From Armatimonadota bacterium (GTDB taxonomy: Bacteria; Armatimonadota; SYMT01): DNA of 64,000 nt. The notes beneath the pieces are model-generated. The model searched no databases, had not been told where the DNA came from, and worked only from the letters and a program-made list of their open reading frames with translations. The DNA lies in assembly GCA_041690135.1 (NCBI GenBank), contig JAWLHY010000002.1, forward strand, positions 688,342-752,341, read 5' to 3'. Below are positions 39,378 through 49,002 of this stretch, in pieces. Each line of letters begins with the position of its first letter. The stretch's first letter is position 1. The position numbers and the translations under genes are program-made.

Positions 39378-40301
39378 ATGCTCAAGCCGACGGATTACGA
39401 CAACCCCTGGAAGGAAGCACTCGCCCGTTATCTGGCGGCTTTCTTGGAGCTCTGCCTCCCAGAGGCGTACCGCGACATCGATTGGAGCCGGGGATACCAG
39501 CTTCTGGATCAGGAGCTCCGGCAGATCACCCGGCGGTCGACGGCGGGACCTCGCAGAGTGGATCTGCTGGTGCAGGTGTGGCGCCGGGACGGTTCCGAAG
39601 CCTGGGTATTACTCCATGTCGAAGTCCAGGCGCAGGTAGACGCCGGCTTTGCGAAGCGTATGTGGCGCTACTACACGCGGATCATGGACCGCTACGACCG
39701 CCCGGTCGCAAGTATTGCGGTGCTCGCGGATGACAACCACGAGTGGCGGCCGGCCTCCTACTCCACCGCGCTCTGGGGATGCCGGTCGTCCCTGGAGTTT
39801 CCGGTGGTGAAGTTGCTGGATTTGAACGAGGCGGACCTCGCTGCGAGCCGCAATCCGCTGGCGGTGGTCATTCGCGCGCACCGGCGTGCGCAGGCGACAC
39901 GCCGTTCGCCGGCCCGGCGGTTGCGTAGTAAAATGGAGTTGGTTCAGGACCTGTATCGTGCCGGTCTGTCGAGAGAAGACACTCTCGAGTTGCTGCGCCT
40001 GCTGGACTGGCTGCTGACGCTGCCGGATGAACTGGAAGAGACCTTCTGGGATCAACTGCAGACATGGGAGGAGGAGAACCAGATGCCTTACATCACGAGT
40101 TGGGAGCGACGTGGAAGGCGCGAGGCGCTTCACGAGTTGATTCTTGAGAACCTGGCGCTCAAGCTCGGAAATCTTCCGGAGGACCTTGTCTCACGCGTTC
40201 ACGAGGTGGCCGACCAGGCTCGCCTGCGGGCACTGGTCCGCGCCTCGATGACCGCCAATAGCCTGGAGTCGTTCCGACGGCAGATGGACGACGCACACTG
40301 A
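39378..40301 (+). CDS. Rpn/YhgA-like PD-(D/E)XK nuclease
   Basis: DYDNPWK, LDQEL, RRVDLLV, LHVEVQ, F..RM..Y..R, MPYITSWE. Confidence 0.9.
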   Translation: MLKPTDYDNPWKEALARYLAAFLELCLPEAYRDIDWSRGYQLLDQELRQITRRSTAGPRRVDLLVQVWRRDGSEAWVLLHVEVQAQVDAGFAKRMWRYYTRIMDRYDRPVASIAVLADDNHEWRPASYSTALWGCRSSLEFPVVKLLDLNEADLAASRNPLAVVIRAHRRAQATRRSPARRLRSKMELVQDLYRAGLSREDTLELLRLLDWLLTLPDELEETFWDQLQTWEEENQMPYITSWERRGRREALHELILENLALKLGNLPEDLVSRVHEVADQARLRALVRASMTANSLESFRRQMDDAH

Positions 40302-40401
40302 CACAGACGGTACCTCCCTGCCGAGGGCGGAACTAGGCCCGATGCAGAATAGACGCTCCGATACTCCCTCGCCACCTTGGAGCCCAGGAAGGACTTCCTC
40401 C

Positions 40402-41079
40402 GTGAAACAGCTTTTCTACGTAACGCAGTCGTGCGGATACCGGCATGAAGTGCTGCCGTACTCCCAGGAAATGATGCAGAAGATCGGCCAGGACAGCGGC
40501 GCATTCGAGGCCACCTGCACGGATGACGTGAGCACCGTGGACTGGAATGACCTGGGTCGGTATTCCGCCATCGCCTTCTGCACCACCGGCGAACTGCCGA
40601 TCTCCGAGGAAGGCAAGGTGAACCTGCTCCGCTTCGTCCGCGAGGGTGGGGCCTTCATCGGCATCCATAACGCCACGGACACCTTCTACCAGTGGGCGCC
40701 GTACGGCGAGATGGTGGGAGGCTATTTCAACGGCCATCCCTGGCACGAAGAGGTGGGGATCATCGTGGAGGACCGGGACCACCCGGCCACGCGCCACCTG
40801 GAATCCACCTTCAAGATCCACGACGAAATCTACACCCACCGCGACTGGTCGCGTGCGAAAACGCACGTGCTGATGCGGATGGACAATGAAAGCGTCGACT
40901 TCGAGAAGGGGCGGGACAAACGGCCGGACGGCGACGTGGCGATGGCCTGGTGCCACCCCTATGGTCAGGGTCGCGTATTCTACACGGCGTTAGGGCACGG
41001 TATGCCGACGTGGACCGACGCGCGTTTCCACCAGCACCTCCTGGGCGGCATCCGCTGGGCGATGGGTGACGCGGAGTAG
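40402..41079 (+). CDS. ThuA-like domain protein
   Basis: GYRHE, GGAFIGIH.ATD, GGYF.GHPW, DEIY, GRVFYTALGH; GTG start. Confidence 0.92.
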   Translation: MKQLFYVTQSCGYRHEVLPYSQEMMQKIGQDSGAFEATCTDDVSTVDWNDLGRYSAIAFCTTGELPISEEGKVNLLRFVREGGAFIGIHNATDTFYQWAPYGEMVGGYFNGHPWHEEVGIIVEDRDHPATRHLESTFKIHDEIYTHRDWSRAKTHVLMRMDNESVDFEKGRDKRPDGDVAMAWCHPYGQGRVFYTALGHGMPTWTDARFHQHLLGGIRWAMGDAE

Positions 41080-41108
41080 GCGCTCCGTAGGGTTTTGGAC
41101 CCAAATCG

Positions 41109-41537
41109 ATGCTGCAGCACCTCCCGCAAAACGATGCTGTAGAAGCGGCGAGTGCACCTGTCCGGGTGGCAGTTCCTGCTTCCCTCGGCGACCCGGGGGC
41201 GCGCCTGGAAGCCGCCCGAACGGCGGATCGTGAGTGGCATGCGGTTCGGAGATCGGAGTTGGATGCCCTCGAATCCGCGATCGAGGCCAGGTACCGTAGA
41301 TTTCACGAGAACGTGCTTACCTGGGGCTTCTTCGCTGGGGCAGTTGCCTGCAGCCTCTTCTCTTGGCAGTGGCTGCAGGCCCGTGGCCTCTGGCTTCTAA
41401 CTCCCTTCGGCTTCATTCTGGGAGTCGTGGTGGCCTTTTTTCTTTGCGGGCTCCTGTTGGGTGGCTTCAGACTTTGGGTGTATCTCCCCTGTCTGCGCCT
41501 TTACCTCCGGAGAAAACAACGGCAGCTGGGGCTTTGA
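41109..41537 (+). CDS. Small hypothetical membrane protein
   Basis: Two C-terminal TM segments. Confidence 0.5.
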   Translation: MLQHLPQNDAVEAASAPVRVAVPASLGDPGARLEAARTADREWHAVRRSELDALESAIEARYRRFHENVLTWGFFAGAVACSLFSWQWLQARGLWLLTPFGFILGVVVAFFLCGLLLGGFRLWVYLPCLRLYLRRKQRQLGL

Positions 41538-41539
41538 TA

Positions 41540-43363
41540 TCAGCCGTTTCGTGGCTCCGTCTTTTCCGATTCGTTCGCTGGCGTTGATCCCGAGCGCCGG
41601 CCGAAACGGGCAAGGCGGCGACCCACGGTGCTCATCACGAACTCTGCCTCCGGCACCCGGAGGAGCTTGACGGCTGCCAGGTAGACGCCGCCGCCGACGG
41701 CCGAGCAGAGCAGGATCTCGACCAGCAGGAGCGGCGTGTTGATCCCCCACTCGCCGTATGCGCGGAGCGTGTTGTCCAGAACGAGGCGGCAACCCCAAGC
41801 CACCGCGCCCATTCCCAGGGCCGCGATGAAGACCCGGCCCACTGAATTCGAAATCTCCCGGCCGTTGATCCCCCCGAGCCGCTTGCGCCAGAGGACGAGC
41901 AGCGCCCCGAGGTAGAGCACCATGGAGAGGGTGTAGGAGAGGGCGAGCTTGTTGGACTGCAGGACCTTGAGCTCGTAAGGGACGCCGACCGCCGTGCCCG
42001 GCTCTCCGAAACTGGGAAGGCCGACCAGGAGCACGTTCAGCAGCAGGAAACCCACCGTGGCGACCGTGCCGACGAGCATCGGGGTGAGCGTGTCCTGGCA
42101 GGAGTAGAAGCCCCGGTTGACGATCTGCTGGCCGGAGACGGCGAAGATGGCCAGGGAGTAGAAAACGACGATCTGGCCGGTGGCCCAACTATCGGCCCAG
42201 GTCCACTCGCCGCGCTGGAAGAGCAGCGCCGTGATCGGCGTGGCCAGCACGATGATGAGCACGGCCGAGGGGATGGTCAGGAAGAGGATCGAGCGGATGC
42301 CCAGACTGAATTGGTTCCGCAGGCCGTCCCAGTCCCGCTTCGCCGCCAGGGCCGACATCGTTGGGAAGATCGCCACGCTCAAGGCTTGGGCGAAGATCCC
42401 AAGCGGCATCTGCATCAACTTGATGGCGTTATCCAGCCAGGTGATAGGTCCATCACCCAGGTCGCTGGCGAACGGTCGGGTAAGGATGACGCAGAGCTGC
42501 GGCAGCGAGAGGCCCAGAAGCACCGGCAGCATCAACTTCGCTACCCGGACCACGCCGGGGTGCCGGATCTCCAGCGACGGCCGGTACCGCACCCCAACCC
42601 GGCGCATCATCCAGGCCTGCATCAGCACGTTGCCGATGAACGCGCCCGCCAGCACTCCCCAGGCCAGCCCGTAGATGCCGGTCCGCCCTCCGTAAAGCGC
42701 CCCGCCGATAGCCCCGCCGATAATGATGGCCGTATTGTAGACGAGCGGTCCCAGGGCCGGCACCAGGAAGTGGTTGCGGGCGTAGAGGGTGCTCATCATC
42801 AATCCGCCCAGGAAGAAGAAGACCTGGGCGGGCAGGATGATCCGGGTGAGGCTGGCGGTGAGCGCGAGCTTGTCTGGGGTGAAGCCCGGACAGAGGGGGA
42901 TCAGCAGGGCCTCCGTGAAGAGCTCCCCCAGCAGGATTACGACGGAGAGCACCCCTACGATGACCGTTCCGAAGACGCTGAAGACTTTCCAGGCGTTCTC
43001 TTCGTCGTCGTTGGTGAGATATTCCGTGAATACCGGGATGAAAGCGCTGCTGAGGGCGCCGCCCGCAATGAGGTAGTAGAGCAGGTCCGGCAGGCTGAAC
43101 GCCGCTTTGTAGGCGTCGGTCGCAAATCCCGCGCCGAAGAAATAGCTGACCACCATGTCGCGGACCAGGGCCAGGATGCGGCTGCCCAGGATCGCCAGGA
43201 CCATGATCCCCGCCGCGGCGGCGACCCGCCCGGAAGTTCCCGTGGCGGCTGGAGTAGTATTCTTCGAGAGGGTGGGGGTGTCGGGATCCGTGGTGTGGGA
43301 TTGGGCCGAAGCCCGGGGGGCTGCGCCGGGGTTTTCGCCTGCGGGGGTTGCTTCACTACTCAT
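41540..43363 (-). CDS. murJ: Lipid II flippase
   Basis: SRILALVRD, DAY.AAF.LPD, GGALSSAFIPVF, QMPLGIF, LFQRGE, QDT.TP. Confidence 0.96.
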   Translation of the reverse strand: MSSEATPAGENPGAAPRASAQSHTTDPDTPTLSKNTTPAATGTSGRVAAAAGIMVLAILGSRILALVRDMVVSYFFGAGFATDAYKAAFSLPDLLYYLIAGGALSSAFIPVFTEYLTNDDEENAWKVFSVFGTVIVGVLSVVILLGELFTEALLIPLCPGFTPDKLALTASLTRIILPAQVFFFLGGLMMSTLYARNHFLVPALGPLVYNTAIIIGGAIGGALYGGRTGIYGLAWGVLAGAFIGNVLMQAWMMRRVGVRYRPSLEIRHPGVVRVAKLMLPVLLGLSLPQLCVILTRPFASDLGDGPITWLDNAIKLMQMPLGIFAQALSVAIFPTMSALAAKRDWDGLRNQFSLGIRSILFLTIPSAVLIIVLATPITALLFQRGEWTWADSWATGQIVVFYSLAIFAVSGQQIVNRGFYSCQDTLTPMLVGTVATVGFLLLNVLLVGLPSFGEPGTAVGVPYELKVLQSNKLALSYTLSMVLYLGALLVLWRKRLGGINGREISNSVGRVFIAALGMGAVAWGCRLVLDNTLRAYGEWGINTPLLLVEILLCSAVGGGVYLAAVKLLRVPEAEFVMSTVGRRLARFGRRSGSTPANESEKTEPRNG

Positions 43364-43377
43364 GGTTCTGTTATACT
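43348..43377 (+). promoter_or_regulatory. SigA-type promoter for rpsT
   Basis: TTGCTT-N18-TATACT with TG extension. Confidence 0.55.
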
Positions 43378-43413
43378 CGGCAGGTTTTCCAGTTTTCGAA
43401 GGGGGTTTGAACC

Positions 43414-43695
43414 GTGGCCAATCTCCGGTCAGCACTTAGAGATATCAAGAAATCGCGCAAGCGCGCCGAGCGAAATCAGTCGGTGCGAAGCGCTATCAAG
43501 ACGTTCGTGAAGAAGACCAAGGCGGCAATCGAGGGCGGCGACGCCCAAGCCACCCAACTTCTCAGCGACACCGCCGCGCTGGTCGATAAGGCCGCCAAGC
43601 GCAACATCATCCACAAGAACGCGGCGAACCGGCGGAAGTCCCGGCTGGCCCGGCGCCTGAACGCGGCCAAGGCCGCGGCCGAAGCGCAGGCCTAA
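43414..43695 (+). CDS. rpsT: 30S ribosomal protein S20
   Basis: MANLRSA...N...S.IKT..KK...IIHKNAANRRKSRLA. Confidence 0.98.
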   Translation: MANLRSALRDIKKSRKRAERNQSVRSAIKTFVKKTKAAIEGGDAQATQLLSDTAALVDKAAKRNIIHKNAANRRKSRLARRLNAAKAAAEAQA

Positions 43696-43792
43696 CCACT
43701 TCCCTACAGTCCCACGTTCTATCCCCCGAGTTCACCGGTTTCAATCGGCGCCCGCTTGGCGTCGTGCGGATCGGGTGCGGGCAACAGGTTTC

Positions 43793-43825
43793 AGGCTCCC
43801 CAACCAGGGGAGCCTTTTGTTGTTT
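43793..43825 (+). terminator. Intrinsic terminator after rpsT
   Basis: AGGCTCCCC-aacca-GGGGAGCCT-TTTGTTGTTT. Confidence 0.85.
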
Positions 43826-43965
43826 GTCTGGACCCCACGCCGAGGTGCTTGCCGGGAGCGGCGGGCAAGCGGAGCTCCGGGCGTTATCATGTTCTGGGTT
43901 GCCGGGCTCAAGGTCCAGCCCTGGAGTGGGTCGAGGCGCTCCCGAGACGGAAGGGTAGGTAAAGC

Positions 43966-44865
43966 ATGTTCAGGATTCTCTTTGCGACAGACGGTTCCGC
44001 AGCGGCCGCGGAGGCGGGGCGGTTCCTGCAAGCAATGCCCCTACCGGAGGGCGCGGAGATCGAGATACTGTGCGTGGTGAGTGAGCCGGTGCCGTTGGTC
44101 GGAGCCTACGCGGAGGGACCCTGGATGAACCAGGAGCCGCTGTATGAGATCGCGCAGACCGAGCGTGACCTCGCGCAGTCGCTCCTCGAACGCACCGCCG
44201 CGCAGCTTTCCCGCCCGGGCGTGGAAACGCGGATCGCGATCCGGGATGGGGCGGTAGCGCGAGAGATCATGGCGGCGGCCGACGACTTTCACGCCGACCT
44301 GGTGGTGGTGGGATCTCGCGGGCTGACCGGTCTCGATCGACTGCTCCTGGGAAGTGTCGCGCAGAGCGTCGCGCGCCACTCTCGCCGGCCGGTGCTGGTG
44401 GCGCGGACGCCCCGGCACGGTCTCAAGAGCTGCGTGCTCGCGACGGACGGTTCCGACCACGCGCAGCACGCCGCCGCTTTTGCCGCCCGGGTGCCGTTGC
44501 CGGACGGGATGCGCACCACCTGCGTGCACGCGTTCAAGCCCTACGATCCCTTCCCCGGCCTCTTCCCGACGGACCGGGAGGAGTTCGAGGCCGCGGTGGC
44601 GGAGGTGCGCGAAAAGCAGCGGGACACAGCGGCCCGCATCGTGACCCGCGCCGCCGAGCCGTTGACCCAGGCCGGGCGACCGGTGGTGACGGAAGTCCGC
44701 GAGGGGGACCCCGCCACCCAGATCCTGTCGCTGGCGGGCGAGGTAGACGCGGCCCTGATCATCGCGGGGGCGCGCGGGGCCTCGTTGATCGAGGGTCTGC
44801 TGGTCGGCAGCGTGGCGGACCACCTGGTGAAGGAAGCTGAATGCTCGGTATTGCTGGTGCGCTAG
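43966..44865 (+). CDS. Tandem-domain universal stress protein
   Basis: Two ATDGS...G.RG...LLGSVA domains. Confidence 0.95.
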   Translation: MFRILFATDGSAAAAEAGRFLQAMPLPEGAEIEILCVVSEPVPLVGAYAEGPWMNQEPLYEIAQTERDLAQSLLERTAAQLSRPGVETRIAIRDGAVAREIMAAADDFHADLVVVGSRGLTGLDRLLLGSVAQSVARHSRRPVLVARTPRHGLKSCVLATDGSDHAQHAAAFAARVPLPDGMRTTCVHAFKPYDPFPGLFPTDREEFEAAVAEVREKQRDTAARIVTRAAEPLTQAGRPVVTEVREGDPATQILSLAGEVDAALIIAGARGASLIEGLLVGSVADHLVKEAECSVLLVR

Positions 44866-44887
44866 GGACGGCTGCGCCAAGGAGGGG

Positions 44888-46105
44888 ATGATGCAGACAT
44901 GGGGTACGTTGCTCAGCGCTGATGAAGCCCGCAAGCGGTTCGCGGAAGCGTGGACACCGGTACTGGAGACGGAAGAGATACCCACGCCGGAAGCACTCCG
45001 TCGCGTTCTCGCCGCGGCCATTACCTCCACCGAGGATCTTCCGCCGTTCCGCCGTTCGCTGATGGACGGGTTTGCCTGCCGGGCGGAGGACATTGCGTCG
45101 GTACCCGCCACGCTGGCGGTTGTGGACGATATCCAGATGGGAACTGAGGCGCGCGTGCCGGTGGGGACAGGCGAGGCGGCGTGGGTCCCCACGGGTGGGA
45201 TGCTGCCGGAGGGGTCCGACGTGGTAGTCCCGATCGAGCAGGCGGAAACAGGGGCGGGAAAGGTCACGATCCTGACCTCGCTCGTCGCAGGGCGCCACCT
45301 GATCGAAGCGGGTGAGGACGTGCGTGCCGGAGAGCTGATCCTGGCGGCGGGGCACCGGCTGCGGCCACAGGACGTAGGGGCGCTGATGGGCCTGGGCATC
45401 ACTCGGGTTTCGGTCTACCGTCAGCCCCTCGTGGGCATCCTCTCGACGGGCGACGAGATTGTGCCGGCCGAGCAGACGCCTCCCCTGGGCAAGGTGCGCG
45501 ACCTCAACTCCTACTCGCTGGCAGCCTCCGTGGAGTCCGTGGGGGCACGAGCGCGACGCTACGGCATCATTCCGGATGAGTCCGATACCCTGTATGAAGC
45601 AGCCCGGCAGGCCCTGGCAGAGTGTGACGTGCTGATCCTCAACGCGGGCACTTCCGTGGGTAAGAAGGACGTCGTCGCGCCCGTGATCGATCGCCTCGGA
45701 CGGCCGGGGGTGCTGGTTCACGGAGTCGACATCCGTCCCGGCAAACCGACGGTCTTCGCGGTATGCGACGGCAAGCCGGTCTTTGGATTGCCCGGTCAAC
45801 CGGTCTCCGTGCTCAATACCTTCGACCAGTTCGTGGCCCCGGTGCTGCGGCAACTCCTCCGGCTGCCCCAGGAGGTCCCCACGCTCACCGCGCGGCTCAC
45901 CGAAGCGCTCCGTTCCGCCGACGGCCGCGAGGACCACGTGCGGGTGACGCTGGAACGCCGGGACGGGGAGTGGTGGGCTACCCCCATCTTCGGGGTGTCC
46001 GCCATGATCAGCACCATGGTCCGCGCCGCGGGTATCACCGTGGTTCCCTCGCGCTCTCCCGGGTTCGAGGCCGGGGATCAGGTGGAAGTCCGCTTGTTGG
46101 AGTGA
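44888..46105 (+). CDS. moeA: Molybdopterin molybdotransferase
   Basis: PPFRRSLMDGFA, TGGMLP.G.D.VV, STGDE, PGKPT, GLPG.PVS. Confidence 0.95.
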   Translation: MMQTWGTLLSADEARKRFAEAWTPVLETEEIPTPEALRRVLAAAITSTEDLPPFRRSLMDGFACRAEDIASVPATLAVVDDIQMGTEARVPVGTGEAAWVPTGGMLPEGSDVVVPIEQAETGAGKVTILTSLVAGRHLIEAGEDVRAGELILAAGHRLRPQDVGALMGLGITRVSVYRQPLVGILSTGDEIVPAEQTPPLGKVRDLNSYSLAASVESVGARARRYGIIPDESDTLYEAARQALAECDVLILNAGTSVGKKDVVAPVIDRLGRPGVLVHGVDIRPGKPTVFAVCDGKPVFGLPGQPVSVLNTFDQFVAPVLRQLLRLPQEVPTLTARLTEALRSADGREDHVRVTLERRDGEWWATPIFGVSAMISTMVRAAGITVVPSRSPGFEAGDQVEVRLLE

Positions 46106-46110
46106 GGAGA

Positions 46111-46161
46111 TGGAGCGCGGGCGTCTCGCCCGCCAGCGTCCGATCACGATCACGATCACGA
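46111..46161. repeat. REP-like repeat, inverted copy of the 9841-10005 family
   Basis: GGAGCGCGGGCGTCTCGCCCGCC followed by three GATCAC units. Confidence 0.85.
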
Positions 46162-46212
46162 AGGCGACAGTGCGGTTGATTTGACGCGGTAGCCGGTGCG
46201 ACCGGGAGCCCG

Positions 46213-46239
46213 GTTTGTGGAGGTTGCAGCTACGGGTAC
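46213..46239 (+). promoter_or_regulatory. SigB/SigF-type promoter for alpha/beta hydrolase
   Basis: GTTT-N17-GGGTAC. Confidence 0.55.
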
Positions 46240-46269
46240 CTACCAGGCTGAGGAAATAGAAAATTAACC

Positions 46270-46297
46270 GCGGATGCCGTGCCGGCACGGCATCCGC
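46270..46297. repeat. Perfect 28-bp palindrome
   Basis: GCGGATGCCGTGCC|GGCACGGCATCCGC. Confidence 0.9.
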
Positions 46298-46317
46298 ACA
46301 GCACGGTAGGGAAGAAA

Positions 46318-47136
46318 ATGGAAACGGTTGCAGGGGAGTTGAGGACGGACTCCGGATTTCTGGAGTCCGAGGATGGAACGCGGCTATTCTGGCAGGGGGT
46401 CGAGCCGTGCGATGAGTTGAAAGGGGCCGTGGCGCTGCTCCACGGCTACAACAGTCGCAGCGACTACCTGCTGCCGATGATGAACCGCCTGGCGCAGGAC
46501 GGTTTCGCCTGTTACGCCATCGACTACCGGGGCCATGGGCGCAGCGAAGGGTTGCCGTGCCACATCTTCCGGTTCCGGGAGTACCTGATGGATGTGCGCA
46601 CCCTCTGCCGGCACACGGCGGAACGGGCGGAGCGGCGCCGGACGTTCCTGTTCGGCAACAGCCTGGGCGGTCTCATCGCGAGCCACTACGCGCTGCGTCA
46701 CTCCGACCAGGTGTACGGCACGATCCTGACCGCGCCGTTCTTCGGACCGGCGTTCCGGGTGCCGGGCCCTCTGGATGCCTGCGGGCGCCTGGTGAGTTAC
46801 GTGTGCCCCACCTTTCGGGTGCCCCGTCGTCATCCGGATCTGCCGGAGCACGTGACGCTGCGCTGGTGGACGGAGACGGTGGCGGCCCAGCAGGTGCTCT
46901 TCCGGCACGCCCATAAGTTCACACTGCCCACGCTCATCCTGCACGGGCAGAAGGACGGCGTGGCGAGCCCTACCGTGGCCCAGGCCTACTTCGAGCGCCT
47001 CGGGTCTCGGGACAAAACGCTCCGGATGCTGCCCGGCGCTCGGCACCGCGATCTGGATCCCGCCGAAGGAAAGGCGTGGTGGAATCAGGTGACGGAGTGG
47101 CTGATGGTGCGGAGTGGGCGAATTCCCGCTGGCTAA
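46318..47136 (+). CDS. Alpha/beta hydrolase (lysophospholipase/monoacylglycerol lipase-like)
   Basis: LLHG, DYRGHGRS, GNSLGG, LHG.KD, GARH. Confidence 0.9.
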   Translation: METVAGELRTDSGFLESEDGTRLFWQGVEPCDELKGAVALLHGYNSRSDYLLPMMNRLAQDGFACYAIDYRGHGRSEGLPCHIFRFREYLMDVRTLCRHTAERAERRRTFLFGNSLGGLIASHYALRHSDQVYGTILTAPFFGPAFRVPGPLDACGRLVSYVCPTFRVPRRHPDLPEHVTLRWWTETVAAQQVLFRHAHKFTLPTLILHGQKDGVASPTVAQAYFERLGSRDKTLRMLPGARHRDLDPAEGKAWWNQVTEWLMVRSGRIPAG

Positions 47137-47236
47137 CGGGAGGGATTCGGCTGCAGCGCGGACGACAGTCTACCGATCACTTCATCTGGAGTAGAACTGC
47201 CCTGTCCGCGGCCCCAGCTACAGCCGATCCCCCCTC

Positions 47237-48682
47237 ATGCAAACCAAGACCCCGCACCTCGACGAGCCGCCGATTGCCGAACCTACCACGGAGCCGAAGT
47301 TCTTCCGCGCCCTGGGCCCTGTGGAAGGGACCTGTATTGTCGTCGGTACCGTGATCGGCTCCGGCATCTTCCGCGTTCCGGCGGAGGTGGCCCAGTCCCT
47401 GGGAGGCTTCGGTCTCGGTACCATCCTGCTGGTCTGGCTTCTCTGCGGTTTCCTCTCCCTCGCCGGCGCGCTGGCTTACGCCGAACTGTCGGCGCTCTTT
47501 CCGCGGTCGGGGGGACAGTACGTTTACCTGCGGGAGGCGTACGGTCCCCTCTGGGGCTTCCTGTTCGGGTGGATGGAGTTCTGGGTAGCCCGCCCGGGAA
47601 GTATTGCGGCTCTCGCGGTGGTGTTCGCCGAGTACAGCGGCCAGTTCACACACCTGGACGGCGACTGGGGGCTGCGCTGGACCGCCTTCCTGATGGTCTT
47701 CGTCCTGACGTGGATCAACTACGTCGGCGTGCGGTGGGGTGGCACGGTCCAGGTCGTCTTCACCGCTACCAAAGTTGCGGCGCTGCTGGCGCTGATCGCC
47801 TGCTCCTTCGGATTGCCCGAGGGGAGTACCGCCAACTGGGCCCCACTCTGGTCGGCGGGGAACGATCTCTCCCCCGGAGGACTGGCGGTGGCCGTGGGGA
47901 CCGCCATGATCGCCGTGTTGTGGACTTACGACGGCTGGGCCAACGGTGCGGCGGTCTCGGAAGAAATGAAGGAGCCGCAGCGCGATGTGCCGCGGGCGCT
48001 GATCGGGGGGACCCTGATCCTCATCGGGCTCTACATGGTGGCGAACCTGGCGTACCACTACGTGCTGCCGATGGGGCAGGTGGCGCAGCACGATAAGATC
48101 GCCGCGGCCGTGGCGGAACGGCTGTTCGGGACCATCGGGGCGGGCCTGGTGAGTGCGGCGGTGATGATTTCGACCTTCGGCGCGGTGAACGGCTTGCTGC
48201 TGACAGGGCCGAGGATCTTCTACGCGATGTCACGCGACCAGCTTTTCTTCCGGGAGATGGGGGAGTTACACCAGCGGTTCCGCACGCCGCACTGGTCGAT
48301 CCTCTTTCAGGGTCTCTGGGCGGGGCTATTGATCCTCGTCCCGTTCAAGGATCTCTTCAACTCCTGGTTCGGGGGCCTGGGATGGTCGATGCGGGTGGAC
48401 CTCTACGACCAGCTCATCACCTTTGTGATCTTCGCTTCCTGGGCCTTCTACGGAATGACCGTCGCCGGGGTGATGGTCCTGCGCCGCCGGCACCCGGAAC
48501 TGCCCCGTCCCTACCGCGCATGGGGCTACCCGGTGGTCCCGTTGCTCTTCGTGCTCACCAGCGCGGCTTTCGTCGCCCACACCCTGTTCCACAGCCCCGT
48601 GGAATCGCTCGGTGGCCTGCTGATCGTGGGCCTCGGACTACCTGCCTATGCCCTGTGGAAACGGCAGGCGGTGGCCGCGTAG
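47237..48682 (+). CDS. APC-family amino acid permease
   Basis: IGSGIF, YAEL...FP.SGGQYVYL, YDGW, EEMKEP.R..PRA. Confidence 0.95.
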   Translation: MQTKTPHLDEPPIAEPTTEPKFFRALGPVEGTCIVVGTVIGSGIFRVPAEVAQSLGGFGLGTILLVWLLCGFLSLAGALAYAELSALFPRSGGQYVYLREAYGPLWGFLFGWMEFWVARPGSIAALAVVFAEYSGQFTHLDGDWGLRWTAFLMVFVLTWINYVGVRWGGTVQVVFTATKVAALLALIACSFGLPEGSTANWAPLWSAGNDLSPGGLAVAVGTAMIAVLWTYDGWANGAAVSEEMKEPQRDVPRALIGGTLILIGLYMVANLAYHYVLPMGQVAQHDKIAAAVAERLFGTIGAGLVSAAVMISTFGAVNGLLLTGPRIFYAMSRDQLFFREMGELHQRFRTPHWSILFQGLWAGLLILVPFKDLFNSWFGGLGWSMRVDLYDQLITFVIFASWAFYGMTVAGVMVLRRRHPELPRPYRAWGYPVVPLLFVLTSAAFVAHTLFHSPVESLGGLLIVGLGLPAYALWKRQAVAA

Positions 48683-48684
48683 GC

Positions 48685-48779
48685 CTTCGGGTGGTCAGGT
48701 GTTCGGATGGTCAGGTGTTCGGGTGTTCGGGTGTTCGGATGTTCGGGTGTTCAGGCATTCAGGCATTGGGCATTCAGGC
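48685..48779. repeat. Degenerate 8-bp tandem repeat, about 12 units (GTTCGGGT / ATTCAGGC)
   Basis: Directly visible downstream of the permease. Confidence 0.9.
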
Positions 48780-49002
48780 GGTCGGTCCCCCCATGGGTGG
48801 TAAACATTCAGGCATTGACCACGCTCGTCATTGCGAGGAGCGGTGAATCTGCTGCAACTTCACAGTCTAGATGAGCCTTTCGTCGAAGCTCCCATTCAGT
48901 AAGTCTGAACCTGTGAGCGACGCGGCAAGCCCCCTGGTCAGGGAAGTCGCCCTTATGCGGAGCGGCCGTTCTCTGCTCAGGGCAGTTGGCCTGAAGCGGG
49001 AC

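Noticed and set aside
39378-40301. Insertion sequence transposase
   Set aside because: Rpn/YhgA-like proteins are often labelled transposase, but there is no DDE or HUH motif and I saw no terminal inverted repeats or target duplications.
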